Below, one piece after another: positions 9,858 through 19,788 of a stretch of DNA of 64,000 bases. The notes under the pieces were generated by a model. It searched no databases. It saw only the letters and a list, made by a program, of their open reading frames with translations, and was not told the origin of the DNA. A program made the translations under genes and the position numbers. Position 1 is the stretch's first letter, and every line of letters starts with the position of its first letter. The stretch lies in contig JAVJNR010000003.1 of assembly GCA_040217195.1 (NCBI GenBank), positions 672,001 through 736,000 on the forward strand, written 5' to 3'. This DNA comes from Leptospiraceae bacterium (GTDB lineage: Bacteria > Spirochaetota > Leptospiria > Leptospirales > Leptonemataceae).

Positions 9858-11234
9858 ATGTCCCTTAAATCCATCAATCCGGCCAATGAAGAGATTATTC
9901 AGGAATACGAGCAACACACGGATAGTCAGATAGAGTCTATTCTTGAAAGGTCGCAGCAATCCTATTTCCGAATGGTTGCCCGCGGACCGGCGCCCTCGGA
10001 ACAAATTCTGTCATCGGTGCAAAAAATGGCCTCGATTCTCAATGATAGGGCGGATGAATTTGCAAAATTGATCACTGCTGAAATGGGAAAGCCCATCAGC
10101 CAGTCTGTAGCCGAGGTGAAGAAATGTGCAGGTCTCTGTGAATATTATGCAGAGAATGCATCCTCATTCCTTGATCCCAGACAGGCCAGTACAGAGAGCT
10201 TCAAAAGCTATGTTCGATACGATCCAATTGGGCCCGTGCTTGCAATCATGCCCTGGAATTTTCCATTCTGGCAGGTCTTTCGAGCGGCGGTGCCAGCCAT
10301 CTGCGCCGGAAATCCGGTTATCCTGAAGCATGCCTCCAATGTTACAGGCTCGGCTCTTAAGGTTGCTGAGATCTTTTTAGAGGCCGAGATTCCAGAGGAT
10401 CTATTCCAGGTACTACTAATTCCTGGATCAAAAATGGAAGCTATAGTGGCCCATCCCGCGATTCGAGGTGTGAGTCTAACAGGCAGCGAAGCAGCCGGAC
10501 GTTCTGTGGCCGGCCTGGCAGGTCAGAATCTAAAAAAATGTGTTCTGGAACTGGGAGGCAGCGATCCATTCATCGTTTTGAAAGATGCAAACCTCGAAAA
10601 AGCAGCCAGGACAGCCGCCCAGGCTAGATGTATTAATTCTGGTCAGAGCTGCATCGCCGCCAAACGATTCATCGTGGAGGAGTCTGTAAGCGAATCCTTC
10701 ATTGAGCATTTCCGCAAGGCCCTGGAGGATTTAAAGGTTGGATCCCCCACGGATGAAGATACAGACATTGGTCCACTGGCCCGGAAAGATTTGCGGGATG
10801 ATCTACATGAACAATTACAGCGAAGTATTCAGGAAGGGGCCCAGCTTCTTCTGGGCGGCAAGCCCCAGGATGGGCCAGGATATTTCTATACAACTACGCT
10901 CATTCAATCGGATTCCATTTACAACCATGCATTGCAGGATGAAACCTTTGGCCCCCTGGCAGCTGTAATCGTTTCAAAAGATGAAAGTGAAGCTGTGGAA
11001 CTGGCCAACCAGAGTCGCTTTGGCCTGGGTGGCAGCCTCTGGACCCAGGATTTAGAAAAAGCAGAATTGCTGGTTCGAGAATTGGAAACTGGAAGCGTCA
11101 CCGTAAATGATTTGCTTCGCTCCGATGTGCGAATGCCATTTGGAGGAATCAAGGATTCTGGATTTGGGCGAGAAATGGGCCCGGAAGGTATCCTTGAATT
11201 CGTGAACCAGAAATCCATTCGAATCAACAAGTAA
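9858..11234 (+). CDS. NAD(P)-dependent succinate-semialdehyde dehydrogenase (ALDH family)
   Basis: IMPWNFPFWQ, LELGGSDPF, SGQSCIAAKR, ETFGP, PFGGIKDSGFGRE. Confidence 0.9.
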   Translation: MSLKSINPANEEIIQEYEQHTDSQIESILERSQQSYFRMVARGPAPSEQILSSVQKMASILNDRADEFAKLITAEMGKPISQSVAEVKKCAGLCEYYAENASSFLDPRQASTESFKSYVRYDPIGPVLAIMPWNFPFWQVFRAAVPAICAGNPVILKHASNVTGSALKVAEIFLEAEIPEDLFQVLLIPGSKMEAIVAHPAIRGVSLTGSEAAGRSVAGLAGQNLKKCVLELGGSDPFIVLKDANLEKAARTAAQARCINSGQSCIAAKRFIVEESVSESFIEHFRKALEDLKVGSPTDEDTDIGPLARKDLRDDLHEQLQRSIQEGAQLLLGGKPQDGPGYFYTTTLIQSDSIYNHALQDETFGPLAAVIVSKDESEAVELANQSRFGLGGSLWTQDLEKAELLVRELETGSVTVNDLLRSDVRMPFGGIKDSGFGREMGPEGILEFVNQKSIRINK

Positions 11235-11312
11235 GCAGCAATACACTCTCAATGGTTTTCCCTGACGCAGCTCTGACCGCCCGGTGCACCTTATTGGTAA
11301 GGCTAGCCGTAC

Positions 11313-11342
11313 AAAAAAAGAGCCGCCTTTTACAAGGCGGCC
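11313..11342 (-). terminator. Rho-independent terminator of the beta-barrel gene
   Basis: Minus strand GCCGCCTT-GTAA-AAGGCGGC followed by a T-run. Confidence 0.8.
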
Positions 11343-11373
11343 AGAGCGACAGATCGGAAGATTCTAAATTAAA

Positions 11374-12504
11374 TTAGAAGCTCGTGCTATATCCCAGCGA
11401 TACATAGTATACAACTGAGGGAAGCTTTTGACGCGGTGTGTAAGTCCAGTTACCGGACGGATCAACTGAAGTGGACACCAGGCTGTTGAAATAGCTGTTA
11501 GAGAGACCAGTAGTTTTACTGGGATCTTCAACCATGCCATCAAATCCAGTGGATCCACCGTTAACCCATGCCAGGCCGTTCTTACCAGCTGTATCACCGT
11601 CGAACCAGGATAGGTCCGGACGATACACTGCGTTCAGTCCAATTGAGAAGTTGCCGAATCCCAGAGATACTCCAGCATCCACATTTCTCCAGTTCTGATA
11701 ACCGCTTGCTGTTTGATAACCAGCACCAACGTTGAAACCTACACTCATGCTATCGGAAAGATCCATTCCGTAATCGTAACCGATGTAGCTGTAAGTAGTT
11801 CCTTCGCTACCATCGCCGTTTACTTCAGCGTAGTAGGTCAGACTAATTGATCCAGCCTCTTCGGGTAGAATAGCAGGAGAGAAGCCAACGAAGAATTCAG
11901 TGAATTGGTCAGCACCCACAACACCGGTAGTAGTGTTGGGCAGAACGTAGGCAATAATACCGCCGCTCATAGTTCCAAATTTGCTATCAACTTCATAACC
12001 CAGAGTCAGGTCCACTTCATCAAAACGACGCAGACCGTTCGCTTCGTTATAGAGACCGGGAGCCTGATAGGTTCCATTAGCAATCTGAGTGGCAGTAGGG
12101 CCTGTTCCTGTTACCGCTGCAATTTCTGCAGTAGTAGCTGAAAGAACGTTAACCCCGGCTCCTGGGCCAGATGCTCCTGGACCTGTTTGATACAGACCAT
12201 CGGTATCTACGTCTTCACGTCCGGTTAGAGCAAAGGAAGTCCATACGTTAAAGAACATTCCATTGTCCAAATTAAAGTTGATGCTCGGCTGGAAGGCCGG
12301 AGCCAAATTGAAACCGGAGATTTTCTCTCCGTCCTGGCTGAACTTACCCTGATATAGATCGGATCCACGGAAAATGTAGCTAGAGACTACGGTAGCATCA
12401 ACATCGATGCCAGGTTCCGCCTGGACCGTACCTGCTGTTAGCAGTACTGAACCAATCAGGATAGAGGACCAGGTTTTCTTAATTGCACTTCTTCTGGTTT
12501 CCAA
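11374..12504 (-). CDS. Outer-membrane beta-barrel protein (TorF/Gcw_chp-like putative porin)
   Basis: AGGAGG RBS 8 nt before a TTG start; signal peptide; N-terminal VSSYIFRG motif; amphipathic strands; C-terminal YYVSLGYSTSF with terminal Phe. Confidence 0.7.
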   Translation of the reverse strand: METRRSAIKKTWSSILIGSVLLTAGTVQAEPGIDVDATVVSSYIFRGSDLYQGKFSQDGEKISGFNLAPAFQPSINFNLDNGMFFNVWTSFALTGREDVDTDGLYQTGPGASGPGAGVNVLSATTAEIAAVTGTGPTATQIANGTYQAPGLYNEANGLRRFDEVDLTLGYEVDSKFGTMSGGIIAYVLPNTTTGVVGADQFTEFFVGFSPAILPEEAGSISLTYYAEVNGDGSEGTTYSYIGYDYGMDLSDSMSVGFNVGAGYQTASGYQNWRNVDAGVSLGFGNFSIGLNAVYRPDLSWFDGDTAGKNGLAWVNGGSTGFDGMVEDPSKTTGLSNSYFNSLVSTSVDPSGNWTYTPRQKLPSVVYYVSLGYSTSF

Positions 12505-12536
12505 GGTGTTATCCTCCTGTGTTTTGCCCCTAGCAA

Positions 12537-12552
12537 TGCAGGAACCGTGCCA
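12537..12552 (-). promoter_or_regulatory. Sigma54 (-24/-12) promoter
   Basis: TGGCACGGTTCCTGCA matches TGGCACG-N4-TTGC with one mismatch and correct GG/GC spacing, 32 nt upstream of the start. Confidence 0.75.
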
Positions 12553-13039
12553 ACAATATTGGTGCACATGGACCATTTGGTAGGGGGCAGAAAGCCCAAG
12601 GTGCCCTGAAACTGGACTTCTGCCTACTAAATAAGCATCTCGCCTTAAATAATTTCGCATCCGAAGTCAAAATTTCCAGGCGTTCCGTGCACTCCACTGG
12701 ATCTGGAGGCATTCCCCGAATCTATTGCTGCGCTCCCGGTCCTTTTTTCTAATTCTTCACCGAATTTCTGGAAATTTTTTGCGGTAACCAATGTTCCGCA
12801 TATCTTATACTCATGCCCACGCAGAAAACAGAAGAAGATACCGCACTACATAGCTGCCCCTTAACCTGCAGCGTCGAAAGTCTTAATGTTGAATACAAAA
12901 ACAGATTGAGTATGTTTTAGATCTCTGGAACAGGCTGCAATTCGGAGCCGGACAATACCTGTAATGATTTGCAGATCCGATTAGAAGCGCTAAAAAAGGA
13001 ATTGCCTCAAACCATAACTCTTTCGACATCTAATGGAAG

Positions 13040-14215
13040 ATGTCCGAGCCCGTTCAAGAAAGAGACCTGGAGTACCTGTACAGCGCAGACAAGATTCAGC
13101 ATCTGCTGGCCCGACATCTAAAAGGCCGCACCATGTTCTTAAAAGGGCAGGATCCTCCTGCAGAGGCGCTGGTCCATGAGTTTGACCTGAATAATCGAAT
13201 TCTTCTGGAAAGCCGCAAACTTACCCTGGAGCCAGAGATGAAGCTCCAGCTGTTTCGAATTCTTGGACGTTATATTGAACTACACTGTGAAGTACTCAAA
13301 GTAAATGGTGATCACAAGTTTAGCATTCAAGTAGTTAGCGCAGCCATTGCAAAAAAAGAGCGATCCAACATGCGGGTAGCTCTGAATGCTGATCAGGCCC
13401 ATATAACAAACATACTGGCCAGTCGCCATACAATCGACACCGATACGTTGACCATTCCCACATCTGTCAAAGTGGGCTTTGGAGAGTATGAGCAGATTTT
13501 AAAAAAAGAATTTGAAAATGTTAAGATCGATGCATTTGGAAAGCGGGGCACCTGGCTGGATCAGGTAAAAAAACAAAGCAAATCTATCTATATACCCAAT
13601 ACAGAGGATCCCCATACCTACAGACCCGCGGATAACCGTTGCCTGGATGCATCAGCCATACTTGGAAAGAAGCTCCAGGAAAAGATAATCGAATATAGAA
13701 ATCATAAAGTCCGGGCAGAAGCTATTGTTCCTGTTATCTATACCACTCATGATCGCAGCACCATCCCTATTGGTTATATTCATGTGCAGAGTCGAAGAGA
13801 AGCATTCCCGGAAGGAACCCTGGACCGACTCTATACCGCTTCAGCAGATATGGTTGAGAAAATTCGCGGATCGAACACGGTTATGATCAAGGAAAGGCAG
13901 CAGGTACTGAACGTTTCCCGTGGAGGAATACGAGTGCGAATTACGCACGATGAACTTCGCACCTATCTAGCCCGTCAAAACGGATTCACCTTCGATCTTG
14001 TTTTTCGTATGCAGGCCCCAATTACTCTTTTTGGCCAGATCCGATCGCAGAAGAAGATGGCATCCGGCGAACTATTGCTCGGGGTTCAAATCGCCGGCAA
14101 CTCCAATGAAGCCAGTTACAAGCGCTTTCTGGGCAATGTGGACAAACTGGAGCAGGAAACCAGAGCTCGGCTGGAAGCGAAAAAACAACAGGCTCGACGA
14201 ACAAAATCAAGTTAG
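13040..14215 (+). CDS. DUF1577-like protein with PilZ-type motifs
   Basis: RSNMR (RxxxR) and NVSRGG (D/NxSxxG) motifs; size and layout resemble the Leptospira DUF1577 family. Confidence 0.6.
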   Translation: MSEPVQERDLEYLYSADKIQHLLARHLKGRTMFLKGQDPPAEALVHEFDLNNRILLESRKLTLEPEMKLQLFRILGRYIELHCEVLKVNGDHKFSIQVVSAAIAKKERSNMRVALNADQAHITNILASRHTIDTDTLTIPTSVKVGFGEYEQILKKEFENVKIDAFGKRGTWLDQVKKQSKSIYIPNTEDPHTYRPADNRCLDASAILGKKLQEKIIEYRNHKVRAEAIVPVIYTTHDRSTIPIGYIHVQSRREAFPEGTLDRLYTASADMVEKIRGSNTVMIKERQQVLNVSRGGIRVRITHDELRTYLARQNGFTFDLVFRMQAPITLFGQIRSQKKMASGELLLGVQIAGNSNEASYKRFLGNVDKLEQETRARLEAKKQQARRTKSS

Positions 14216-15184
14216 ATGCGGAATGCTCCGATTAATTCAGCTCAGCGAGGCAGCACAGGACGCTTCATGCGGCATTTTAATTCAGGTTACTTTCCAGGTT
14301 TCCAGTTTCTATTTCCTGTATTGCTGATCCTTCTTTCCTGCGAAGCTCGAATCACGACTCGGCCCGGTGCAGACGTGGATGTACAGAGGGCCCGGCAGGG
14401 CAATCGACCGCTGATGGTTCCCGATTACCGACGGGCAAATACAGCCCTTCGGGGAATCTATACTGAACTACCGGAGCCCACAATCTACTGCAATTGCAAC
14501 TTTGATCCGAAAGGAAAATGGGCTCCAGCTACAGGATGCTCCTTTTCGCCTAGGGATCCGGCAGACAGAGACATTAGATATAAAGTTCACTGGGAGCATG
14601 TGGTCCCGGCTTCACGATTGGCAGAGGGGCGATCCTGCTGGGATGACGATCCATGTATTCGAGGAAATGGAAAAAGATACGGAGGTCGCAGCTGCTGTAG
14701 AAAAACGGATACTCTGTTTCGCGCCATGGAAGCAGATTTGCACAATCTTAGACCGGCCATTGGAGAAATAAATCGTCACAGACAGAACTATTCTTTTGAA
14801 GAAATACCAGGCGAAGATAGGATCTACGGTGCCTGCGATATGGAAATCTCATCGAATACAAAGACTGCAGAACCGCCGGAATCTTCTCGCGGCCTCATAG
14901 CCCGTACTTATCTTTATATGGATGCTGTTTATGGCATTGGGCTTACGTATGAGGAGCGAAAGCTTTATGAAAACTGGCATCGATTGTATCGGCCCACTTC
15001 AGCTGAAGTGGCCAGGGATATTGCTATTCGTGAACTCCAGGGAAATTCCAATCCATTCATCTACGATTACAGACCTGAAGCCCAGGTTTCTGAAGCCGGG
15101 CAGCCAATTGATCCGGACTATGAGACTGTAGATGACAAAATGGAGGCGGGAAACTCTAATCGCGGTTCATGCCTTCTTCAATAA
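14216..15184 (+). CDS. Endonuclease I (EndA/Vvn/Dns family), probable lipoprotein; true start may be 14267
   Basis: WEHVVPAS, MEADLHNLRPAIGEIN, EPP..SRGLIARTYLYM; LLSC lipobox. Confidence 0.85.
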   Translation: MRNAPINSAQRGSTGRFMRHFNSGYFPGFQFLFPVLLILLSCEARITTRPGADVDVQRARQGNRPLMVPDYRRANTALRGIYTELPEPTIYCNCNFDPKGKWAPATGCSFSPRDPADRDIRYKVHWEHVVPASRLAEGRSCWDDDPCIRGNGKRYGGRSCCRKTDTLFRAMEADLHNLRPAIGEINRHRQNYSFEEIPGEDRIYGACDMEISSNTKTAEPPESSRGLIARTYLYMDAVYGIGLTYEERKLYENWHRLYRPTSAEVARDIAIRELQGNSNPFIYDYRPEAQVSEAGQPIDPDYETVDDKMEAGNSNRGSCLLQ

Positions 15185-15752
15185 AATCAGACTTCTTGAA
15201 CATGCTAAGTAGTTCCACAGATTCCTGAGCCAGAGCCTCCTGCCCCCCTTCCTGGCGGTCTACGATGCAGAGTGCCTGATTCACAACAAATCCGGCCTCC
15301 CTCAGAGCTTTGATCGCCTTAAGGGTGCTACCCCCTGTTGTGATCACATCGTCCAGGGCCAGAACAGTGGCTCCCTTCAAAGTTTCCACTTCGCCTTCGA
15401 TTTGTTTTCCTGTACCGTGTCCCTTGGCCTCCTTTCGCACAATCAAAGGATAGCATGTATGATTTCGCCTTAGACACTCCAGACTCAGGCCGTAGGAAAT
15501 GGGGTCCGCCCCCAGGGTCAGTCCTCCGACGGCAGAAGGTAACCTCATCCGATTATTTCCGAAGAAATCATCATAGATGTTTTCGCATAGCAGGGCAAGC
15601 CTGGATGGATGTAACGTAATCTTCTTGCAATTGAAGTAGTGATGAGACGTTTTGCCTGAAGCTAATGTAATAGGATCCTGCCTGTAAGCATAGGCATGAT
15701 CCTTGATCAGATTATATAAAGAATTCGCATCGGACGCAGAACCGGGAGTCAT
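15156..15752 (-). CDS. pyrE: Orotate phosphoribosyltransferase
   Basis: TLASGKTS, VRKEAKGHG, LDDVITTGGS. Confidence 0.92.
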   Translation of the reverse strand: MTPGSASDANSLYNLIKDHAYAYRQDPITLASGKTSHHYFNCKKITLHPSRLALLCENIYDDFFGNNRMRLPSAVGGLTLGADPISYGLSLECLRRNHTCYPLIVRKEAKGHGTGKQIEGEVETLKGATVLALDDVITTGGSTLKAIKALREAGFVVNQALCIVDRQEGGQEALAQESVELLSMFKKSDFIEEGMNRD

Positions 15753-15754
15753 AG

Positions 15755-17731
15755 ATGATTAAGCTCTGGAAAGCCCCCTTTCAATCAATGGTTTTTTCTG
15801 CCATACTGTTTGGCATTCTGTCAGCATTGTCGCTGGCACCGTTCAATTTTCCTTTAACAACATATCTGGCACTGTGGATATTATTCTATCAGGCACAGCT
15901 ACAGAGCCTTTCGGCAAAGAAGCTTCTATGGTTTGGCTTTATGGCTGCATTCTGGCTCTGTGTTTTTGGATTTTACTGGACCATCCATCTATTCACAGTG
16001 TATGGCGGGCTTCCTGTATATCTTGCAGTCTTTACTTTTATTCCGTATACATTCCTGCTAAATCTGAAGATCCCATTTCTGATGCTGGCTCTGGGAGTGC
16101 TGAATAGGAAAAAATATCGAAAGCTGGGTCTTCCCTCTTTGATTCTGGTGCCAACGGTGGCTGTTACGCTGGACCTGATTTTTCCTCAAGTGTTCAACTG
16201 GTACTGGGGCAACCTGATAGCCGGAAATCCGTATTTCTCTCAGCTTGCGGAATATGTTGGCATACATGGCCTGAGCTTTCTACTATTCTTCCTTTCCTAC
16301 GGTTCATTCAAGTTGCTAAAAGGAAGCCCCTGGAAATTGCAGTACTGGAAACGGTTTCAGAGCATTCAGCGATGGAAGGTTGCCAGCCCAATCGCCCTGG
16401 TGGCTGTTCTGGGGCTGCTTTTTGGAGCCTACAAGAAGTCCAGCGTTGAGGAGTTTCAGGCCGAGCTTCCCCATGTAACGGCTCTTACCATTCAGCCAAA
16501 TGCTCCTCTGGAAAAGGCTGGAGCCCAGGATGTTACCTGGCCTGTGATTCGTAAGCTACTCACAGGAACCATACCGGAAATAGCAAATAAGGCCCAAAAC
16601 GCTGCAAAACAAAAAGAGCTAAAAGTGGATCTGGTGGTTCTTCCTGAGTCCGCCGTGCCTTATTTTACCACCCAGGATAATTTCATCACCAGAAAGCTGT
16701 CTCCTTCCAATCGAATGCCAAGCATCTACAGACCGGAATATGAGGAACTGGTGCTTAAACTGGCCAGGTCATTCGATGCAGAGGTTTTTATTAACCAGAA
16801 TGCCTATGGTGCCAGCCGCGATCCGTCCACGGGAACTCCCAGAATCGATGCCTATAACTCCTCAGCACTGTTTGCACGAAACGGAAAGCGAGCCGGATAT
16901 TACCACAAACAAATCCTAATCGCATTCGGAGAACAGATACCTTACGCAGAATTTCTGGATGACACCGGGTTGATCCAACTGGTTCCGGAAAGCGTTCGAT
17001 ATAGCCGTTTCAGACCAGGGAAAAAATTTACCCTAATTCCCTATCAATCCCCTGCTCTGGAGCCAGAGCAGCCCATCGAAGTAAGCTACGGTTCACTGTC
17101 AGACCCGAAGGCAATCAAAACCCAGGCCGTTCAAGATCTGCGGGAGGAGCTCTCAGAAAAGCAGTTCTTCCCCACCGGTCAGTTCATGCCACTCATCTGT
17201 TACGAAGTATTGAGCCCCAATTATATTCGTGACTATTTCCATGAGAACAATGCGAATCCAGACTTCATGGTAAATATTACCCAGGATAAGTGGTATGGAA
17301 AAACCATCGAAACCTTTCAGCACTTTGAGCTTGGTAGAATTCGAGCCATAGAAACCAGAAGAGCGCTTTTGCGATCCACAAATAGCGGTACTTCAGGCAT
17401 GGTGGATCTGGCAGGTAACTATTCAGAACCCGAAGTAGGGATGCGACTTACAGGTCAGGAAGTGGAGGATTTTCAAATCTTTCGCGTACCTGTGCATCGT
17501 GGCGAGGACACCGTCTACGTAACCTATGGCGATACATGGTTCCTTTTGCCATTTCTGACTCTGGGTGCCTTCTGGTTTGTACGGCGACGCAGATCCAGGG
17601 CAGGATCAGACCGGACTTCCAGGCAGCCCACATCTGCAGTAGGTCCCGCAGACGGAGCTTCAGTCAGGGTTCAAATACCGCGGAAGAAATCTACTCCACG
17701 TCCTCCCACTCGTCGCCGTAATGGAAAGTGA
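15755..17731 (+). CDS. lnt: Apolipoprotein N-acyltransferase
   Basis: N-terminal TM region; nitrilase-fold motifs LPES, YHKQILIAFGE, LICYE; RAIETRR..RSTNSG. Confidence 0.9.
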   Translation: MIKLWKAPFQSMVFSAILFGILSALSLAPFNFPLTTYLALWILFYQAQLQSLSAKKLLWFGFMAAFWLCVFGFYWTIHLFTVYGGLPVYLAVFTFIPYTFLLNLKIPFLMLALGVLNRKKYRKLGLPSLILVPTVAVTLDLIFPQVFNWYWGNLIAGNPYFSQLAEYVGIHGLSFLLFFLSYGSFKLLKGSPWKLQYWKRFQSIQRWKVASPIALVAVLGLLFGAYKKSSVEEFQAELPHVTALTIQPNAPLEKAGAQDVTWPVIRKLLTGTIPEIANKAQNAAKQKELKVDLVVLPESAVPYFTTQDNFITRKLSPSNRMPSIYRPEYEELVLKLARSFDAEVFINQNAYGASRDPSTGTPRIDAYNSSALFARNGKRAGYYHKQILIAFGEQIPYAEFLDDTGLIQLVPESVRYSRFRPGKKFTLIPYQSPALEPEQPIEVSYGSLSDPKAIKTQAVQDLREELSEKQFFPTGQFMPLICYEVLSPNYIRDYFHENNANPDFMVNITQDKWYGKTIETFQHFELGRIRAIETRRALLRSTNSGTSGMVDLAGNYSEPEVGMRLTGQEVEDFQIFRVPVHRGEDTVYVTYGDTWFLLPFLTLGAFWFVRRRRSRAGSDRTSRQPTSAVGPADGASVRVQIPRKKSTPRPPTRRRNGK

Positions 17732-18329
17732 GCTCCTCATCGGGCTCAATGGCGCGAATGCTGTAAAGACGGTTCTCGTCCCATTCTACATTGGGACGGG
17801 AGCTGTGGTTCAGATAACGCAGCTCATTCTTTCCATCAATGCCTCTCCAGGATCCGCTGTCCTGCTCTACCCATAGTACGTAGATATCATCATCCAGGGA
17901 TGGAATCCCTTCATAAGATCCCACATACGCACCCTTTGGAATTCGGCTCCTGGCAAAAGCGCCCATTCCATGAATGCCGCTCTTTTTATTATAAACGTAC
18001 TTCTCAATGGCCTTGTTCGATCGAGCCGAGAATTTCAGAGGAAAGGGAGTGTCTTTGGGAAGAATCCGAGGCCTTTGGGCAGCCTTCGAATGCTTCTTTT
18101 CTACAGCCCGGTGGCCGGTTACACTACTGGCAGGCTTACTGGCCTTTTTGGGGCTGGCCGGCTTTTTTTTACCAGCCGGCTTTTTCTTCGATACCGGCTT
18201 CTTGTTCGTAGCCGACTTTTTCTTCGATGCCGGTTTTTTCTTACCAGCCGGTGTCTTCTTCGTTGCTGGCTTCTTTACAGTTCTTGATGTGCTATTATTC
18301 TTTTTCTTGGTAGAGGTTTTCTTTTTCAT
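17691..18329 (-). CDS. SET-domain protein-lysine methyltransferase with a Lys/Pro/Ala-rich N-terminal tail
   Basis: SGIHGMGAFA, RYLNHSSRPN, EELTFHY; first ~70 aa are KKKPA-type repeats. Confidence 0.85.
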   Translation of the reverse strand: MKKKTSTKKKNNSTSRTVKKPATKKTPAGKKKPASKKKSATNKKPVSKKKPAGKKKPASPKKASKPASSVTGHRAVEKKHSKAAQRPRILPKDTPFPLKFSARSNKAIEKYVYNKKSGIHGMGAFARSRIPKGAYVGSYEGIPSLDDDIYVLWVEQDSGSWRGIDGKNELRYLNHSSRPNVEWDENRLYSIRAIEPDEELTFHYGDEWEDVE

Positions 18330-18337
18330 TCGTTACT

Positions 18338-19411
18338 TCAGGATTGTTTTCTGGCTTTCAGTCGTTCCGCCTGACTTACAATATCCGTTACACGAACACC
18401 GAAGTTCTCGTCAATTACAACAACCTCTCCCTTGGCAATAAGCTTACCGTTTACCAGGAGATCCACAGGCTCACCAGCCAGCTTATCCAGTTCAATAATG
18501 GAGCCTTCACCGAGACTGAGAATTTCCTTGATGTATTTTTTGGTCCGACCCAGCTCCACAGTAAGGGTCATCTCCACATCCATGAGTAAATCCATGTTGG
18601 GAGTAAGTGGGCCCATGCCTGCATTGGAGAGCTGAGGGAAGCCTACATTCTTTAATGGATTTTGTCCCGGCTGCGGTCCCTGAGGCTGATGGCCCATTTC
18701 CGGATTCATCATCTGGGAGCCGGCTGCCGCACGACGAGATCGCTCATGCAGGGATCTGGCCATATCCAGGGGCAGCAATAGCGTTACCCGGGAATCCACT
18801 GTATTTTCGATCTTCAGTGGAATCTGTACTCGAAGTAATCGGCCGCCGCCCACCGGAAATGTGGGTTCATCGGCTACGTTCTTAACATCCAGGCCCAGAG
18901 GGGTTACCGCTTCCCCGGCTTTTACGGAGAACTGATTCACCATAGAAAAGAGCAAGGGGCCCATAGCATCCTTGATGGTGGCTATCTGAGCACTATCCAG
19001 GGTCTCTACGGCTTCTTCCGTGGCATCACCGCCCATAAGAAGAGAGCTAATTTTGCTAGCATCCGAGGTGGACAGAAATAGGGCCACGGAGCCAGATAAG
19101 GCACCGGTGAGATTCTGAGAAAAATATACGTAACCGGATGAGAGTTCCTTTTCTGCCTCTTCGGCGGATCGAACCTCAGCATAGGGATTTCCCAGATTTA
19201 CAGATCTGGAAAGTATCATGGATAAGGATTGAGTCCCGGATCTCAGGCCCTGATAGGCAATGTCTGCCAGGCTCTCCTTTTCCAGAGGAGAGAGATCTTC
19301 GCCCCCACCCTGATTCTGTGCAGGACCAGCCTCCGAGGCCTGACCGGATAAATCATCCGCCCCCTGCAACAAAAGATCTATTTCTTCCTGCGTTAATGAA
19401 CCGTCCGCCAT
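18338..19411 (-). CDS. fliY: Flagellar motor switch protein FliY/FliN (CheC-like plus SpoA domain)
   Basis: N-terminal LTQEEIDLLL CheY-binding peptide; C-terminal LMDVEMTLTVELGR..GEVVVIDENFGVRV. Confidence 0.8.
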   Translation of the reverse strand: MADGSLTQEEIDLLLQGADDLSGQASEAGPAQNQGGGEDLSPLEKESLADIAYQGLRSGTQSLSMILSRSVNLGNPYAEVRSAEEAEKELSSGYVYFSQNLTGALSGSVALFLSTSDASKISSLLMGGDATEEAVETLDSAQIATIKDAMGPLLFSMVNQFSVKAGEAVTPLGLDVKNVADEPTFPVGGGRLLRVQIPLKIENTVDSRVTLLLPLDMARSLHERSRRAAAGSQMMNPEMGHQPQGPQPGQNPLKNVGFPQLSNAGMGPLTPNMDLLMDVEMTLTVELGRTKKYIKEILSLGEGSIIELDKLAGEPVDLLVNGKLIAKGEVVVIDENFGVRVTDIVSQAERLKARKQS

Positions 19412-19476
19412 ATTGCTACCTGTGGGTATTATCGGACATATTGTCAAATAGAGCCATTAGTTTCTTCCATTGAAAA

Positions 19477-19788
19477 CCCGCAAACTGCGTCCTGCAGTTT
19501 GCGGGAAAGCTTTGCAATGAGCTCCATATGGAGCTCACAGACATCCTGTCTGTAGTGCTCTGCCATGCAGAGCACGGGGGCGGGCTGCGCCCTATACAAA
19601 CTTCCTGTTTGTGCATGATTTCTACGAAATCATGCTGAGTGCCCGCATGGATATAGAATCCGGACATTCGTCCAGGCCGGCCAAGGGTGCGGAAAAGCGA
19701 TGTAAACAGCTCCACCCGGAGCTCATAGACATCCTGTCTGTAGTGCTCTGCATGGCAGAGCACGGGGTGCGGGCTGCGCCCTATACAA
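19477..19788. repeat. Intergenic REP/MITE-like multi-hairpin element; ~80-bp unit duplicated at 19520-19599 and 19708-19788
   Basis: Two near-identical copies, each with four hairpins, plus a 12-bp-stem hairpin at 19477-19505. Confidence 0.85.

Noticed and set aside
18007..18441. Phe-rich repeat ORF on the + strand
   Set aside because: Antisense shadow of the lysine-rich SET tail.
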